A DNA stretch of 64,000 nucleotides from an uncultured bacterium (GTDB lineage Bacteria > Eisenbacteria > RBG-16-71-46 > CAZHEV01): assembly GCA_964531335.1 (NCBI GenBank), contig CAZHEV010000012.1:34866-98865 (forward strand), given 5' to 3'. Numbering within the stretch: the stretch's first letter is position 1; the number at the start of each line of letters is the position of its first letter. The notes beneath the pieces are model-generated. The model ran no database searches and was not told where the DNA came from. It was given only the letters and a program-made list of their open reading frames with translations. The position numbers and the translations under genes are program-made. Below are positions 21,475 to 31,583 of this stretch, one piece after another.

Positions 21475-22662
21475 TCACCCCCTTAAGTGCTTCTTGAGGG
21501 CTCGGGCGACGTCGGCCACGTCGCCCTCCGTCATTCTGGGGTACAGGGGCAGCGAAAAGACCCTCTTGAAGACCTCCTCGGTCACGGGCAGGGGCATTTT
21601 GGGGTACTCGCGCCTGTAGTAGGGCTGCATGTGGACGGGGAAGAAGTGCACGGATGTGCCTATGTTCTCCTCCCGCAGGAGCTCGAGCAGCCGGTCCCTG
21701 GCCACTGGCGCGCCCTCGCTCAACAGAACGGGAAAAAGGTGCCTCGCGTGCCGGCCCTGGGGCGGATCGGGCGGAAGGATGAGTGTCTCCAGGCCCGCGA
21801 GCTCGTTTCGGTAAACCGACCAGAGCTTCTCCCTGGCGGCCAGGAACTCGTCGATTCGCTCAAGCTGGCGGACCCCGAGGGCGGCCTCCAGGTCCGTGGT
21901 GTTGTACTTGTAGCCCGGCACCGCGACCTGGTACTGCCACGCGGCGCTCGAGGTGTATCTCTCCCACGCGTCGCGGGTCATGCCGTGCAGGCTCAGGAGC
22001 CTTATCCTCTCGGCGAGCTCCTCGTTCGCCGTCGTGACCGCGCCTCCCTCGCCGGTGGTTATCGTCTTCGTCGGATAGAAGCTGAAGCAGGTGGCGTCAC
22101 CGATCGATCCGATCATGGCGCTCTTGTATTGCGCTCCCAGCGCGTGCGCGGCGTCCTCGACCACGGATACGCCGTTGTCGCGCGCGGTGTGAGCTATCGG
22201 CTCCATGTCGCAGGGATAGCCCGCGTAGTGTACGGGTATGACGACCCTTGTCTTGGGGGATACTTTGCGGGCGAAGTCCTGGGGGTCCATGGTGAGGCTG
22301 ACGGGATCGACGTCGGCGAAGACGGGGACCGCGCCGCAATGGACTATCACGTTTACGGTGGAGCAGAAGGTGAGGCTCGGGACTATCACCTCGTCACGAT
22401 GCCCAACGCCCAGCGCAACCAACGAGAGATGAAGGGCCGCCGTGCACGAGCTGACGGCCACGGCGTGGCCGGCGTCCACGTACTCGGCCAGGGCGCCCTC
22501 GAAGCGCTTCGCCACGGATCCGGCGGTCAGCCATCCGGAGTCCAGCACGGCCAGTATCTCGTCCTTCTCCCTTTGACCTATGGTCGGCAGGCAGAAGGGC
22601 AGAAACTCGTCCCTCACTGGTGCGCCTTCACGGCGGGGTTCACTCTCGGTGCGATCGGCCAT
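21475..22662 (-). CDS. DegT/DnrJ/EryC1/StrS family sugar aminotransferase
   Basis: A 395-aa ORF with FLPFCLPTIGQREKDEILAVLDSGWLT and the PLP-lysine region CFSFYPTKTITTGEGG. Confidence 0.92.
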   Translation of the reverse strand: MADRTESEPRREGAPVRDEFLPFCLPTIGQREKDEILAVLDSGWLTAGSVAKRFEGALAEYVDAGHAVAVSSCTAALHLSLVALGVGHRDEVIVPSLTFCSTVNVIVHCGAVPVFADVDPVSLTMDPQDFARKVSPKTRVVIPVHYAGYPCDMEPIAHTARDNGVSVVEDAAHALGAQYKSAMIGSIGDATCFSFYPTKTITTGEGGAVTTANEELAERIRLLSLHGMTRDAWERYTSSAAWQYQVAVPGYKYNTTDLEAALGVRQLERIDEFLAAREKLWSVYRNELAGLETLILPPDPPQGRHARHLFPVLLSEGAPVARDRLLELLREENIGTSVHFFPVHMQPYYRREYPKMPLPVTEEVFKRVFSLPLYPRMTEGDVADVARALKKHLRG

Positions 22663-22696
22663 CTCGTCTCTTTTCCGGAACGGGCGGACAGGCCGG

Positions 22697-24886
22697 CTAG
22701 TCCTGCCCCTTCCCGGAGTAGTAGCGCAACAGCTTGGAGGTCGCCCTCAGGACGCCCTCCATGTCCTCCTCGTTCATCTTGGGATACATGGGAAGCGAGA
22801 TGATCCTGTCCGTCAGGTACGCGGCGTTGGGGAAGTCCTCCGGCTTGAAGCTGAAGGTCTCTCTGTAATAGCCCTGCATGTGGAGCGATCTGAAGTGGAT
22901 GCCCGTGCCCACGTTCTCGACCTTGAGGCCGGTCATGAAGGCGTCGCGGTCCACGGAGAGCTTGTCGGTGTCCAAGGTGACTATGAACAGGTGCCACGCG
23001 TGGCGGATGTCGGGATGATCCTTGGGCAGCGACAGGTAGTCGGCCTGCTCGGCGAGCCCCTGTGTGTAGAACTCGGCCATCGACGCCCTCTTTTTGATGA
23101 ACTTCTCGAGCTTCGGAAGCTGGTGTATGCCCAGGGCCGCCTGTACGTCCGTCATGTTGTACTTGTAGCCCGGGACCACGACCTCCCAGTGCTGCGAGCC
23201 CGAGGCCGAGTACCTCTTCCAGGCGTCCTTGGTTATCCCGTGCAGGCTCAGTATCCTTATCTTCTCGGCCAGCTCTCCGTCGTCCGTCGCGATGAGGCCG
23301 CCCTCGATGGTGGTCATGTTCTTTATGGGATAGAAGCTGAAGCACGCGGCCTTGCTTATGGTCCCTATCCTGCGCCCCTTGTAGGCCGCGCCTATGGCAT
23401 GGGCCGCGTCCTCGACCACCTCCAGCCCGTGCTTTTGCGCAATGGCGCCTATCCGGTCCATGTCGCAGGGGTGGCCGGCCATGTGCACGGGCACTATGGC
23501 CTTCGTCTTCTTGTTTATCTTCTCCTCAATCAGATCGGGATTGATGTTGAGTGTGTCCCTCTCGACGTCCACGAAGACCGGCTTCGCCCCGAGATGGACT
23601 ATGACGTTGGCCGTCGCCGGCCAGGTTATGGGCGTGGTTATTACCTCGTCGCCGGGGCCTATGCCCAGGGCGGCCAGCGTTATGTGAAGCGCCCCGGTGC
23701 AGGAGTTGACGGCGACGGCGTGCTCGCAGCCCAGGTACTCGCGGGCCATGCCCTCGAACTTCTGAGTGCGCGGCCCGGTGGTGAGCCACCCGGACCTGAG
23801 GGTGTCTATTACCTCGCGCTCCTCCTCCTCGCCCACGAGCGGCAGGCAGAAGGGCACGAACTCGTCGCAGGCGGGCTCGCCGCCCATTGTGGCCGGCGTC
23901 TCGACCAGCTCCTTCAGCAACCTTATGTTGTAGTAGCGCGAGCTTTGCGGGTCCGGTATCTGCCCGCCCACCAGCGCCTCGTGTATTTCCTTGACGCTCT
24001 CCTCGACCGTCCATGACGGCTCCATGCCCAGGAGCTTGGTCATCTTGTCGAAGTTGACGTGGTACGTCCTGCGGTCGGCGTCCCCCGGGGCCACCTCCAG
24101 ATCGGCGTCGGGCAGAAGCGACCGGATCAGGGCCGCCAGGTCGCAGATCTGGTAGTTGAGCTTGTTGGTCCCTATGTTTATCGCCTCACAGGAGAGGTTC
24201 TCGTGGCGCTCGAGCGCCGCTATGAAGGCGTCCGCGCTGTCCTCTATGTGCAGGAACGGCCTCCATTGCTTGCCGCCGCCCAGCACGTAGATCTTCTTGT
24301 TCACGGTGCCGTGAAGGACCATAACGTTTACCGCAAGGTCGAAGCGCATCCTGGGGGAAAGCCCGAAGAGCGTGGCCTGTCTCATGTGCACCGGGCAGAA
24401 GGAGTCATCGGCCATCGCGTTCAGGTCCTTCTCGGTGCGCGCCTTGACCTCCGCGTAGAGCGACACGGGCCTCAGCGGTGACGACTCTTTCAACTCGCCC
24501 ATGCCCGCGCCGTAAACGCTGCACGAGGAGGCGAAAATGAAGGGCTTGACTCTCATCTCCTTCGCCCTGAAGGCGAGGTTCATGGAGGCGCGGTAGTTGA
24601 CGCGCTCGGTCATCTCGGGCCTGAGGTCGCACGAGGGATCGTTCGCGAGCCCGGCCAGGTGGATGAGGCCGCCAACGTCGTCGAATAAGCCCGGGTGCTC
24701 GTCCAGCCGGGCTATGTCGCCCTTTATCAGCTCGAAGTCTTCGTTTGCGACAAGATGCTTGACCGTCTCCTCTCCGAACAGCATGCGGTCGAACGCTCGA
24801 ACTTGATATCCTTTTTCGAGCAGCTTCCTGCATATGATGGTGCCCAGGTAGCCGGCGCCACCCGTGACGAGTATCCTCTTCTTCAT
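22697..24886 (-). CDS. fusion protein: N-terminal SDR NAD-dependent epimerase/dehydratase plus C-terminal DegT-family aminotransferase
   Basis: ORF 22697-24949; the start is taken at MKKRILVTGGAGYLG (24886). The N-terminal half has the GxxGxxG motif and YAEVK (YxxxK). The C-terminal half has FVPFCLPLVGEEEEREVIDTLRSGWLT and CFSFYPIKNMTTIEGG. It is a single uninterrupted frame of 729 aa. Confidence 0.9.
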   Translation of the reverse strand: MKKRILVTGGAGYLGTIICRKLLEKGYQVRAFDRMLFGEETVKHLVANEDFELIKGDIARLDEHPGLFDDVGGLIHLAGLANDPSCDLRPEMTERVNYRASMNLAFRAKEMRVKPFIFASSCSVYGAGMGELKESSPLRPVSLYAEVKARTEKDLNAMADDSFCPVHMRQATLFGLSPRMRFDLAVNVMVLHGTVNKKIYVLGGGKQWRPFLHIEDSADAFIAALERHENLSCEAINIGTNKLNYQICDLAALIRSLLPDADLEVAPGDADRRTYHVNFDKMTKLLGMEPSWTVEESVKEIHEALVGGQIPDPQSSRYYNIRLLKELVETPATMGGEPACDEFVPFCLPLVGEEEEREVIDTLRSGWLTTGPRTQKFEGMAREYLGCEHAVAVNSCTGALHITLAALGIGPGDEVITTPITWPATANVIVHLGAKPVFVDVERDTLNINPDLIEEKINKKTKAIVPVHMAGHPCDMDRIGAIAQKHGLEVVEDAAHAIGAAYKGRRIGTISKAACFSFYPIKNMTTIEGGLIATDDGELAEKIRILSLHGITKDAWKRYSASGSQHWEVVVPGYKYNMTDVQAALGIHQLPKLEKFIKKRASMAEFYTQGLAEQADYLSLPKDHPDIRHAWHLFIVTLDTDKLSVDRDAFMTGLKVENVGTGIHFRSLHMQGYYRETFSFKPEDFPNAAYLTDRIISLPMYPKMNEEDMEGVLRATSKLLRYYSGKGQD

Positions 24887-24979
24887 ACGATCGAGCCTCC
24901 AGGTTGCGTTACAGCCCGCCTCGCGGCGGGAAGTGCCTCTGCGGATCACCCCGGCGGCGCTTCCGCTCCAAGGCGCACT

Positions 24980-25963
24980 CTACTTGAGCCAGCGGTGGTA
25001 ATTGTACCTGCTGCCCACCAGTCGCCAGCCCAGCGTGGTCAGCGCGCGCTGGGTGGGATAGTTCCTGATGTTGGTGGGGCCTTCTATCAGATCGACCCTG
25101 TTTCCCACCCAATTCATGCCCGCGGCGGTCATGCCCTTGAACACGCCCAGGCTTCTGTACTCGGGAAGAACCGCGCCGAGATCGTACTTCGCTATTCTAA
25201 CGCCGATCGAATCGTGAGTGCTCTTGGCGAATTTCCAGGTGCCGAAGCCGATCAGCTTGTCGCCGTCCAGGGCCACGAAGACCTGGTCGGCGTACCCGCG
25301 GCACGAGTTCTTGACCCACTCGCGGTGCACGTTCTTCGCCCGGTCCGGCGGGATCCTCTCGTCCAGCGTGTATCTGTCGAAGTGGTCGGCGAAGCCTGTC
25401 ACGGCGAGGTTTTGTATCTCGGGCACGTCGGACTCCTCGAAGGGCCTGTACGTGAAAGCGTCGCTCAGCGGAGGCAGACTTCTGCGGGCCACGTCGAAGC
25501 CGTAGAAGATGAGCGTGGACATGTGCTCGAAGCCCGCCAGGCCCAGGGAGCGCACCATGTAATGGGCCACCGGGTCCGTCTTGGCCACGAGCAGCTCTCC
25601 GCCCTCCGAGGCGCAAAGCTCTACGGCGAAGTCGACGAGCTTGTCCGCTATCTCGTCCTGCGCCGGCCCGTCCGGCACTATGAGATCCTTTATGGAGAAG
25701 CAATTGATGCCGAGGACCTCGTTGTCCCAGGGCAGCGGTTCGATCGCCAACAGCCCCCGGGGACGGTCCTCGACCATCGCGCCGAAGACCCGGGCCTTCT
25801 CCGCGGATACCGCCTCCGCCGTCTTGTCGTAGTGGTACTTGGCGAGTTTCTCCCGCGCGAGGTGCTCGAAGTACTGGAACGGAAGGTTCCCCGAGGAGGC
25901 TATAAGCTCCTCGGTGTCCTTGAGCCCCGTGTATCCTATCTGCTCCACGGATATGCTTGCCAT
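24980..25963 (-). CDS. tandem GNAT-like N-acetyltransferase (WecD/TDP-fucosamine acetyltransferase-like)
   Basis: ORF 24980-25981. ATG 25963 (MASISVEQ) is preceded by AAGGAGG about 8 nt upstream and sits 1 nt after the upstream stop. The approximately 327-aa two-lobed acyltransferase-like sequence ends ...GAVLPEYRSLGVFKGM...TQRALTTLGW. The call also rests on its position next to sugar aminotransferases. Confidence 0.65.
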   Translation of the reverse strand: MASISVEQIGYTGLKDTEELIASSGNLPFQYFEHLAREKLAKYHYDKTAEAVSAEKARVFGAMVEDRPRGLLAIEPLPWDNEVLGINCFSIKDLIVPDGPAQDEIADKLVDFAVELCASEGGELLVAKTDPVAHYMVRSLGLAGFEHMSTLIFYGFDVARRSLPPLSDAFTYRPFEESDVPEIQNLAVTGFADHFDRYTLDERIPPDRAKNVHREWVKNSCRGYADQVFVALDGDKLIGFGTWKFAKSTHDSIGVRIAKYDLGAVLPEYRSLGVFKGMTAAGMNWVGNRVDLIEGPTNIRNYPTQRALTTLGWRLVGSRYNYHRWLK

Positions 25964-25964
25964 C

Positions 25965-27404
25965 TCAATCCCCTCCTTCAATCGGCTCGGGGCCGGCGGC
26001 CACCGGCTCAGGCGACGCCTCTTTCGCCCTCTCCATAACGGTCCGGGCGGCCTTGAAACCCTCCTCCATGCTCTGGTCCATGTTCAGGTAGGCGAAAGAT
26101 CCCTGACGGCCGACGGTTAGAAGGTTCGAATACGCGCTCAAATACTTCATTATATCCGGGAAGTTCTTCTCGTACTCGAGATCTGCTATAGGATAAGCGT
26201 AGGGCAGTTTGGTGAGGAAGTACGTCTCGACGTCCGCCCTCTTAACAAGGCGCAACTTCTCCAGGCCCTCTATACAGCGTTCAAACACCTTTTTCTCCGA
26301 CGCGTTCCAGATCTCATCCCCCTCGAAACAGGTCGTCTCGAGGCACAGGACGGTCTTGCCGCGGGGCATGAGCTTGGGGGTGAGGTTCTTGAATTCCGAG
26401 AATCTGTTGAAGAATATGTCGTCGGACGAATAGTACACCCACTGGTAGGGGGATACCTGTCTCTTCCTGACCAGTATGTACATGATGACCATGGAGCGGT
26501 ACTTGAGGCCCCGCACCTTCTTCAGAAGATCCAGGGGCGGCTCGGGCACGAGCGTCTCGGCCATCTTGTTTATGGGGATGGTGGATATCACGTAATCGCC
26601 GTAAGCCTTCGAAGGGCCTTCGGGCGTCTTGACGGACACGGACCTCGCCAGGCCCCTGTCGCAGTAGATTGCCGTGGCCTCAGCGTTGAGCCTTATGACG
26701 CCTCCGAGCTCCCGCACCCGCTCCGCGACCTTGTCCCACATCAGCTTGGCGCCCTTCTCCGTGTAGAAAAAGACGTCCCTGTAGGGCGAATGGGAGTGCT
26801 CGTCGCTCTCGTCCTTCTGCCCCTTGCCCAGGAGCGCCTTTTTCAGAACCGCCCACAGACTCAGCGACGGTATCCTCTGCGAGGCCCAGGTCAGAGTGAG
26901 CTCACTGGGCGGGATTCCCCAGACCTTTTCCGTATAAGGGCCGAAGTAGATGTCGTACAGGCGCCTGCCGAACCTGTTGGCGACCCAGTCCTCGAAATTG
27001 TACTCCGGGCCGCCCATCCTCATGCGCCGGCCGAGCCTGGTCCTCAGGAAGTTGACGAAGCAGAGGAAGGACACGTAGGGGTTGAGACCGAAAAAGATGT
27101 CCTTGGCCTTCAATGGGTAGTCGAAGTACCTGCCCTGAAAGTGGATGGCGGCCTTGCGGCGCAGGCGAATGAAATCATCGCCCATGAGCTCAACCATGCG
27201 CTGGACTATCGCCTCGTTTTCGGCGTTGGACCTGTGGAACCCATGCGTCCCATAGTCCAGGATGCAGCCCGCTCTCTCGAAGCTCGACGACATCCCGCCT
27301 ACCACGGGCTCCTTCTCCAGCAGCTCCACGGCGGTCCCGGACTCAGCCAGCTCCCATGCGGCGGCCAGGCCCGCGGGCCCGCCGCCCAGAACGATCACCT
27401 TCAT
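25965..27404 (-). CDS. FAD/NAD(P)-binding oxidoreductase (amine oxidase/UDP-galactopyranose mutase-like fold)
   Basis: A 479-aa ORF with the N-terminal dinucleotide-binding motif MKVIVLGGGPAGLAAAWELAESG...EKEPVVGG. Confidence 0.8.
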   Translation of the reverse strand: MKVIVLGGGPAGLAAAWELAESGTAVELLEKEPVVGGMSSSFERAGCILDYGTHGFHRSNAENEAIVQRMVELMGDDFIRLRRKAAIHFQGRYFDYPLKAKDIFFGLNPYVSFLCFVNFLRTRLGRRMRMGGPEYNFEDWVANRFGRRLYDIYFGPYTEKVWGIPPSELTLTWASQRIPSLSLWAVLKKALLGKGQKDESDEHSHSPYRDVFFYTEKGAKLMWDKVAERVRELGGVIRLNAEATAIYCDRGLARSVSVKTPEGPSKAYGDYVISTIPINKMAETLVPEPPLDLLKKVRGLKYRSMVIMYILVRKRQVSPYQWVYYSSDDIFFNRFSEFKNLTPKLMPRGKTVLCLETTCFEGDEIWNASEKKVFERCIEGLEKLRLVKRADVETYFLTKLPYAYPIADLEYEKNFPDIMKYLSAYSNLLTVGRQGSFAYLNMDQSMEEGFKAARTVMERAKEASPEPVAAGPEPIEGGD

Positions 27405-28654
27405 GTCGTATCCCCCTCAGCCCTTCCTTTCCAGACGCCCGTCCTGGAGGCCAGCCACAGAAAACCGAACGAGGCGAGGATGATGGAGCAGGGCTCCGTG
27501 GGTATTCTATATCTTATGGTAGTATGGAAGACGGAGTATCCCAGGGCGAAGAAGATGGGAACCGCCGCGAGAAGAAGTCCGCGACGGGCCCTGAAGAGCG
27601 AAACCGCCGCGCCCAGGAGCCCGAAGACCAGCACAGGGGCATAGGTCATCGCGGCCACTATCGCGTTCCTGTCGATGGTGTGGGGGTTGTCCGAGAAGGT
27701 GGACGGAACCGGGCTGAAGAAGTTCCTGAACTTTTTCAGGTACATCAACGCGAATCTGCCCGGATCGCGCGACACGTACTCCTTGAATCGCCTCATATAT
27801 ATCTCGTCCTCGGTCGGGCCTTGCGGGTCGGCCATGGCCTCGGCCCTTACCTCGTCCTTTATCTCGAACGCCATCGCCCTAGTGCCCTCCTTGTCGTCCG
27901 GGTCCGCCCAGGGGTTGTTGTGCAGATAGAGGAGCTGATTGCCGAGAGTGGCGATGAAGATGAACCTGTCCTCGACGATGTAGTTTCTCACGGTCCAGGG
28001 AACGATCATCAGAAGCGCGAAGAGTCCAAGCAAAACCCCGTCCTTGACGGCGGGAGTTATACGCCGGTCCTTCATCGCAAGCAGCCATGTCCCGGCGATC
28101 GGCAGAAACACGAGAAAGAGGGGGACGGCGAGGGCGCCCAGCCCGAGCAGAAGGCCCGCAAGAATAAGATAGCGCCTCGCCGCGGTGTCCCTGTACAGAA
28201 CGAGAAGCAGCAGGACGCCGAGTATGAGGAACGTCTCCAAGGCCTGGGGCATGACCATGCCGGTGACATAGATCAGCAGCGGGTAGAAGGCCGCGTAGAC
28301 CGCCGCCAGTAACGCGACCGGTCTTGAGAAAAGCCGTCCGGCGACGGCGTAGGTCAGAGCGCAGGCCAGCGCCCCGATGGACGCCTGAAAGGCCCGAATC
28401 GCGACAAGGCTCTCTCCGAAGACCGCCCTTACGGCCGCGAGGAAATAGACGTAGCCCGGGGGCTTGTAGCTCCCGGCAAGGTACCACTTTCCCTTGTCGA
28501 GGATCTGCGAGACGCCCTTCAAATACTGGTGCTCGTCGGACCAAAAGAGCTTGTCCTCCAAAGTCAGGCAAAACGCCAGGCGCAACGCCAGCGCGAGGCC
28601 GAAGATCGAGAGCAGTGCCGCCAGATCTGCGCGTGACCTGTAGCGGTCGAGCAA
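27401..28654 (-). CDS. GT-C fold membrane glycosyltransferase (ArnT/PMT-like, GT39-type)
   Basis: A 417-aa polytopic ORF with FWSDEHQY (acidic loop motif) and KPPGYVYFLAAV, typical of the family. It overlaps the downstream gene by 4 nt. Confidence 0.75.
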   Translation of the reverse strand: MLDRYRSRADLAALLSIFGLALALRLAFCLTLEDKLFWSDEHQYLKGVSQILDKGKWYLAGSYKPPGYVYFLAAVRAVFGESLVAIRAFQASIGALACALTYAVAGRLFSRPVALLAAVYAAFYPLLIYVTGMVMPQALETFLILGVLLLLVLYRDTAARRYLILAGLLLGLGALAVPLFLVFLPIAGTWLLAMKDRRITPAVKDGVLLGLFALLMIVPWTVRNYIVEDRFIFIATLGNQLLYLHNNPWADPDDKEGTRAMAFEIKDEVRAEAMADPQGPTEDEIYMRRFKEYVSRDPGRFALMYLKKFRNFFSPVPSTFSDNPHTIDRNAIVAAMTYAPVLVFGLLGAAVSLFRARRGLLLAAVPIFFALGYSVFHTTIRYRIPTEPCSIILASFGFLWLASRTGVWKGRAEGDTT

Positions 28655-28964
28655 GTCAATATACCTCGTTATCGTTCGTTCGATTCGGCGCGCCGCAGCC
28701 CCGTCCGTGCCGCGCCGGGCCCGGCCCGGCCGACGGCGCCCTCGCCGTCCGGTGAATGGCCAGCCGGCGGCGGATCGCCCGGCAATTGCACAACGCCCGG
28801 GAAATCCCGACGACAGAAGAGGTTCTCCCGGGCCACCTGCGGGACGGAATTCAGTGTCAACACGAATGGTATCAATGGAGTTATCGGCCTGTCAACGCCA
28901 CATCAAAACGCCGGAATGGCACCGCGGAGGCGCGTATCCGCGCCCCACCGGGCCGGGCCCCAAG

Positions 28965-31301
28965 CTAGTCCACGTAGCCGAGGCTTCTGAGGCGCTCGAG
29001 CTCCTCCGAGGAAGGGGCGCTCTCACGGTCCGCCCTGGTCGCCTCGGCGCCGTAGTCGGTTATGAGAAGACCGGGATGATCGGCCACGTAGCCCCGGTCC
29101 ATGCCCTCGACCAGGACTCGGCCCTGCATGTAGTCGGCACAGGGCAGACCGAGGAGATAGAGCATGGTCTGGCACAGGTCCAACGTCGTCGCCCTGTCCA
29201 CGATACCCAGGGCCTTGGCGCAGCTCATGATGGGATCGAGCCGTTCCTTGCGGCCGAGGACACGCTGCATTACGTCCGAGAGGGGCGTCTCGACCGTGGG
29301 ACGGGTGAACACAGGCCCCCTCTTGAAGGGAAGGCCCCTGGCGAACAGAGTACCGCGCGGATGGTGGGCGCCGGTGACGTCTCCCTTCATGGCCAGGACA
29401 TCGGTCAGCGGTATGGTCCGGTCCCCGATCGCGAGCACGTCATCGACCTCGGCCCCCCGGGTGTACGCGGATAGGTGGATGATCACATCCGAGCGGGCAA
29501 GGGGCTCCTTGAACGCCGGGTTCTTCTCCATCGTCGGCGTGTGAACCGCGGGAAAGAGCGGTCTTCCCGCTTCTTTCAATCGGACCGCGCGCAGCTTCTC
29601 CATGACGTAGTCGAGAGCCTCGTCGTAAGAGCTTCCCGCCCCCGGGAAGCTTCCCACCGCCGTACGGTTTATTTGGATCCCGGTGGCGCCCATGTTTGTG
29701 TCCGAGCCCCGGGGCCAGTAGGCGAGGGTCGCCGAGGTGTCTATCTCCGCCGATGCCGTGTAGGTCAGAAGGCCCATCTCGGCCAGAAGATCGTTGACGG
29801 CCAGATGGCACTCGGGCGCCGTTGCGGACTCCATCCCGTGGTCGGAGGCCACGATCACCACGGTATTGGCGTCTTCGATGGAGTTGAGGTGCGCGAACAT
29901 GCCCTCGACGTTTTCCCAGTGGTCCCGGATGACGTCGCTCTTTGCGGCGATGTCCGCCTCGCTCGGCTCGAGCGGCGTTCCTTCGAAGTCCTCGGGGTAC
30001 ATGAAGGACCAGTACCTGTGCTCCACGTCGTCCGTCGAATGAGTGTACACGGTGAAGAATGAAAAGGCCGGGTCGCTGTACTTCTTGAAAAGCTCGGTCA
30101 GCACCGCGATCTCATAGTTCAAGTCGCGCGCGTGCTGGTCCGCGCCTTCCGCGGGCGGCACCGACTCGATCAGCTCTGTTACTTCCGGGATGAGCGACGG
30201 CGGCCACACCTTCTCCTCATAAGGGATCGCCCCCACCGGGACCATTCTGGTCAGGTTGATTCCAAGAACCTGCTCGGGGGGATAGGCGACCATGTAGTTT
30301 ATGAGCCCGGTGGCGAGCCCGGCTTTGTTCGCTATGTTCCATAAGGCGGGCACTTTCCTGTGATGGCTTCCGGCCATGTAAGTGCCCTCCTCGCCGCTTA
30401 CGGTGTACGAGACGATACCGTGCACGTTTCTCTTCACCCCGGTGGCCATGGTGGTCCAGACGGAGGGGGAGAACGCCTTGCCGTAGACCTGAATGGGCCC
30501 GTAGGCGGATTCCTCCAGGAACCTCTTCATCTCGGGGAGCTTTCCCTCCGCCAGCATGGGCGCGAGCACCGTCCAGGTTGCCCCGTCCAGCCCTACGAAG
30601 ATCACCCGGAGGTCGCCGGCTCGCGGGCCGGCCATGTTGTCGACCCGCGTCCAGTCGACGCGCCCGTGAAGAAGGTGCATCTGCGTCCAGGTCAGCGCGG
30701 CCACCGCCACCGCGGCGATCACGAAGGCGACGTGGGCTTTGCGCCCCCAACGCCGGCAGGCGCGGCCGTAGAAGACGAGGGTGAGCACAATGGCGACGGC
30801 GAGGCCTATCGCGGCGCATATGAGCAGCGATTTCTGGATGAAGGCGATCCGGTAAGGGTCATAGAGCGCCACGTTTCTGGGGACATTTATCTGCCATCGC
30901 GCGTTTACGAATGCGAACGGGACAAGGGCCGCGAAAGGCAGAATGAGCAGCACCCAGAAGAGCCTCCGGCGCAGAGGCGGAATGATCCTGCCCGGCAGCC
31001 AGAGGAGGATCCCCAGGACCAGGCCCAGCGCACCGGCCAGAAGGGCGTATACGGCCACGGTGTAAGCGTAGGCATGCAAACCTTGCGCGAGGCCGAAGAT
31101 GTACGGAGAGGTCTCTTCCGCGTACACGAAGAACGAGGCGACCGAGAAAAGCACGCCCGAATAAACCCCGGCCATGAAGCCGTGCCATGCTCGCGAGGAC
31201 GCCGACGGTGAGGACTTGTCCTTGTCATTCAATTGACGGAAATCTCCTGTCAGGATGTGATGCAGACGCGGTTTCGCCCAGGGGGACCGGAGGGCTCTCA
31301 A
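28965..31301 (-). CDS. alkaline-phosphatase-superfamily enzyme (type I phosphodiesterase/nucleotide pyrophosphatase-like) with an N-terminal polytopic membrane domain
   Basis: A 778-aa ORF. About 6-7 N-terminal hydrophobic helices are followed by IFVGLDGATWTVL (metal/nucleophile region) and VIVASDHGM. The start is uncertain; ATG 31175 (MAGVYSG) is an alternative. Confidence 0.75.
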   Translation of the reverse strand: MRALRSPWAKPRLHHILTGDFRQLNDKDKSSPSASSRAWHGFMAGVYSGVLFSVASFFVYAEETSPYIFGLAQGLHAYAYTVAVYALLAGALGLVLGILLWLPGRIIPPLRRRLFWVLLILPFAALVPFAFVNARWQINVPRNVALYDPYRIAFIQKSLLICAAIGLAVAIVLTLVFYGRACRRWGRKAHVAFVIAAVAVAALTWTQMHLLHGRVDWTRVDNMAGPRAGDLRVIFVGLDGATWTVLAPMLAEGKLPEMKRFLEESAYGPIQVYGKAFSPSVWTTMATGVKRNVHGIVSYTVSGEEGTYMAGSHHRKVPALWNIANKAGLATGLINYMVAYPPEQVLGINLTRMVPVGAIPYEEKVWPPSLIPEVTELIESVPPAEGADQHARDLNYEIAVLTELFKKYSDPAFSFFTVYTHSTDDVEHRYWSFMYPEDFEGTPLEPSEADIAAKSDVIRDHWENVEGMFAHLNSIEDANTVVIVASDHGMESATAPECHLAVNDLLAEMGLLTYTASAEIDTSATLAYWPRGSDTNMGATGIQINRTAVGSFPGAGSSYDEALDYVMEKLRAVRLKEAGRPLFPAVHTPTMEKNPAFKEPLARSDVIIHLSAYTRGAEVDDVLAIGDRTIPLTDVLAMKGDVTGAHHPRGTLFARGLPFKRGPVFTRPTVETPLSDVMQRVLGRKERLDPIMSCAKALGIVDRATTLDLCQTMLYLLGLPCADYMQGRVLVEGMDRGYVADHPGLLITDYGAEATRADRESAPSSEELERLRSLGYVD

Positions 31302-31583
31302 TCAAAACCATTATATCACCTTGGAAGCAGCATCGTCAAAGGACGTGTGTGTTTGAGCGCCGATGGCTGCTATAATCGATTGCGTGCGGGCCGCGCGGCG
31401 TTCGCGAGCGCCGACACGGCTGCCCCGGGCGTGAGCCGGGCGGGGCCGGCCGATGGCCCGTTTTGGTGGCGCTCATTCGACAGAGGCGTCGTGCGGCAGG
31501 ACCGTCGCCGTCGCGCCGAAGGTCGCACGCGCCCGGCCGATAATGATTCCGGGGGGCTTCCAACCGATGAAATTAGGTTAGTG

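Noticed and set aside
31233-31583. The 117-codon N-terminal extension of the asnB ORF in the track.
   Set aside because: Class II (Ntn) glutamine amidotransferases need the catalytic Cys directly after the initiator Met. MCGIAG begins at 31584, and the extension is low-complexity Arg/Ala/Gly-rich.
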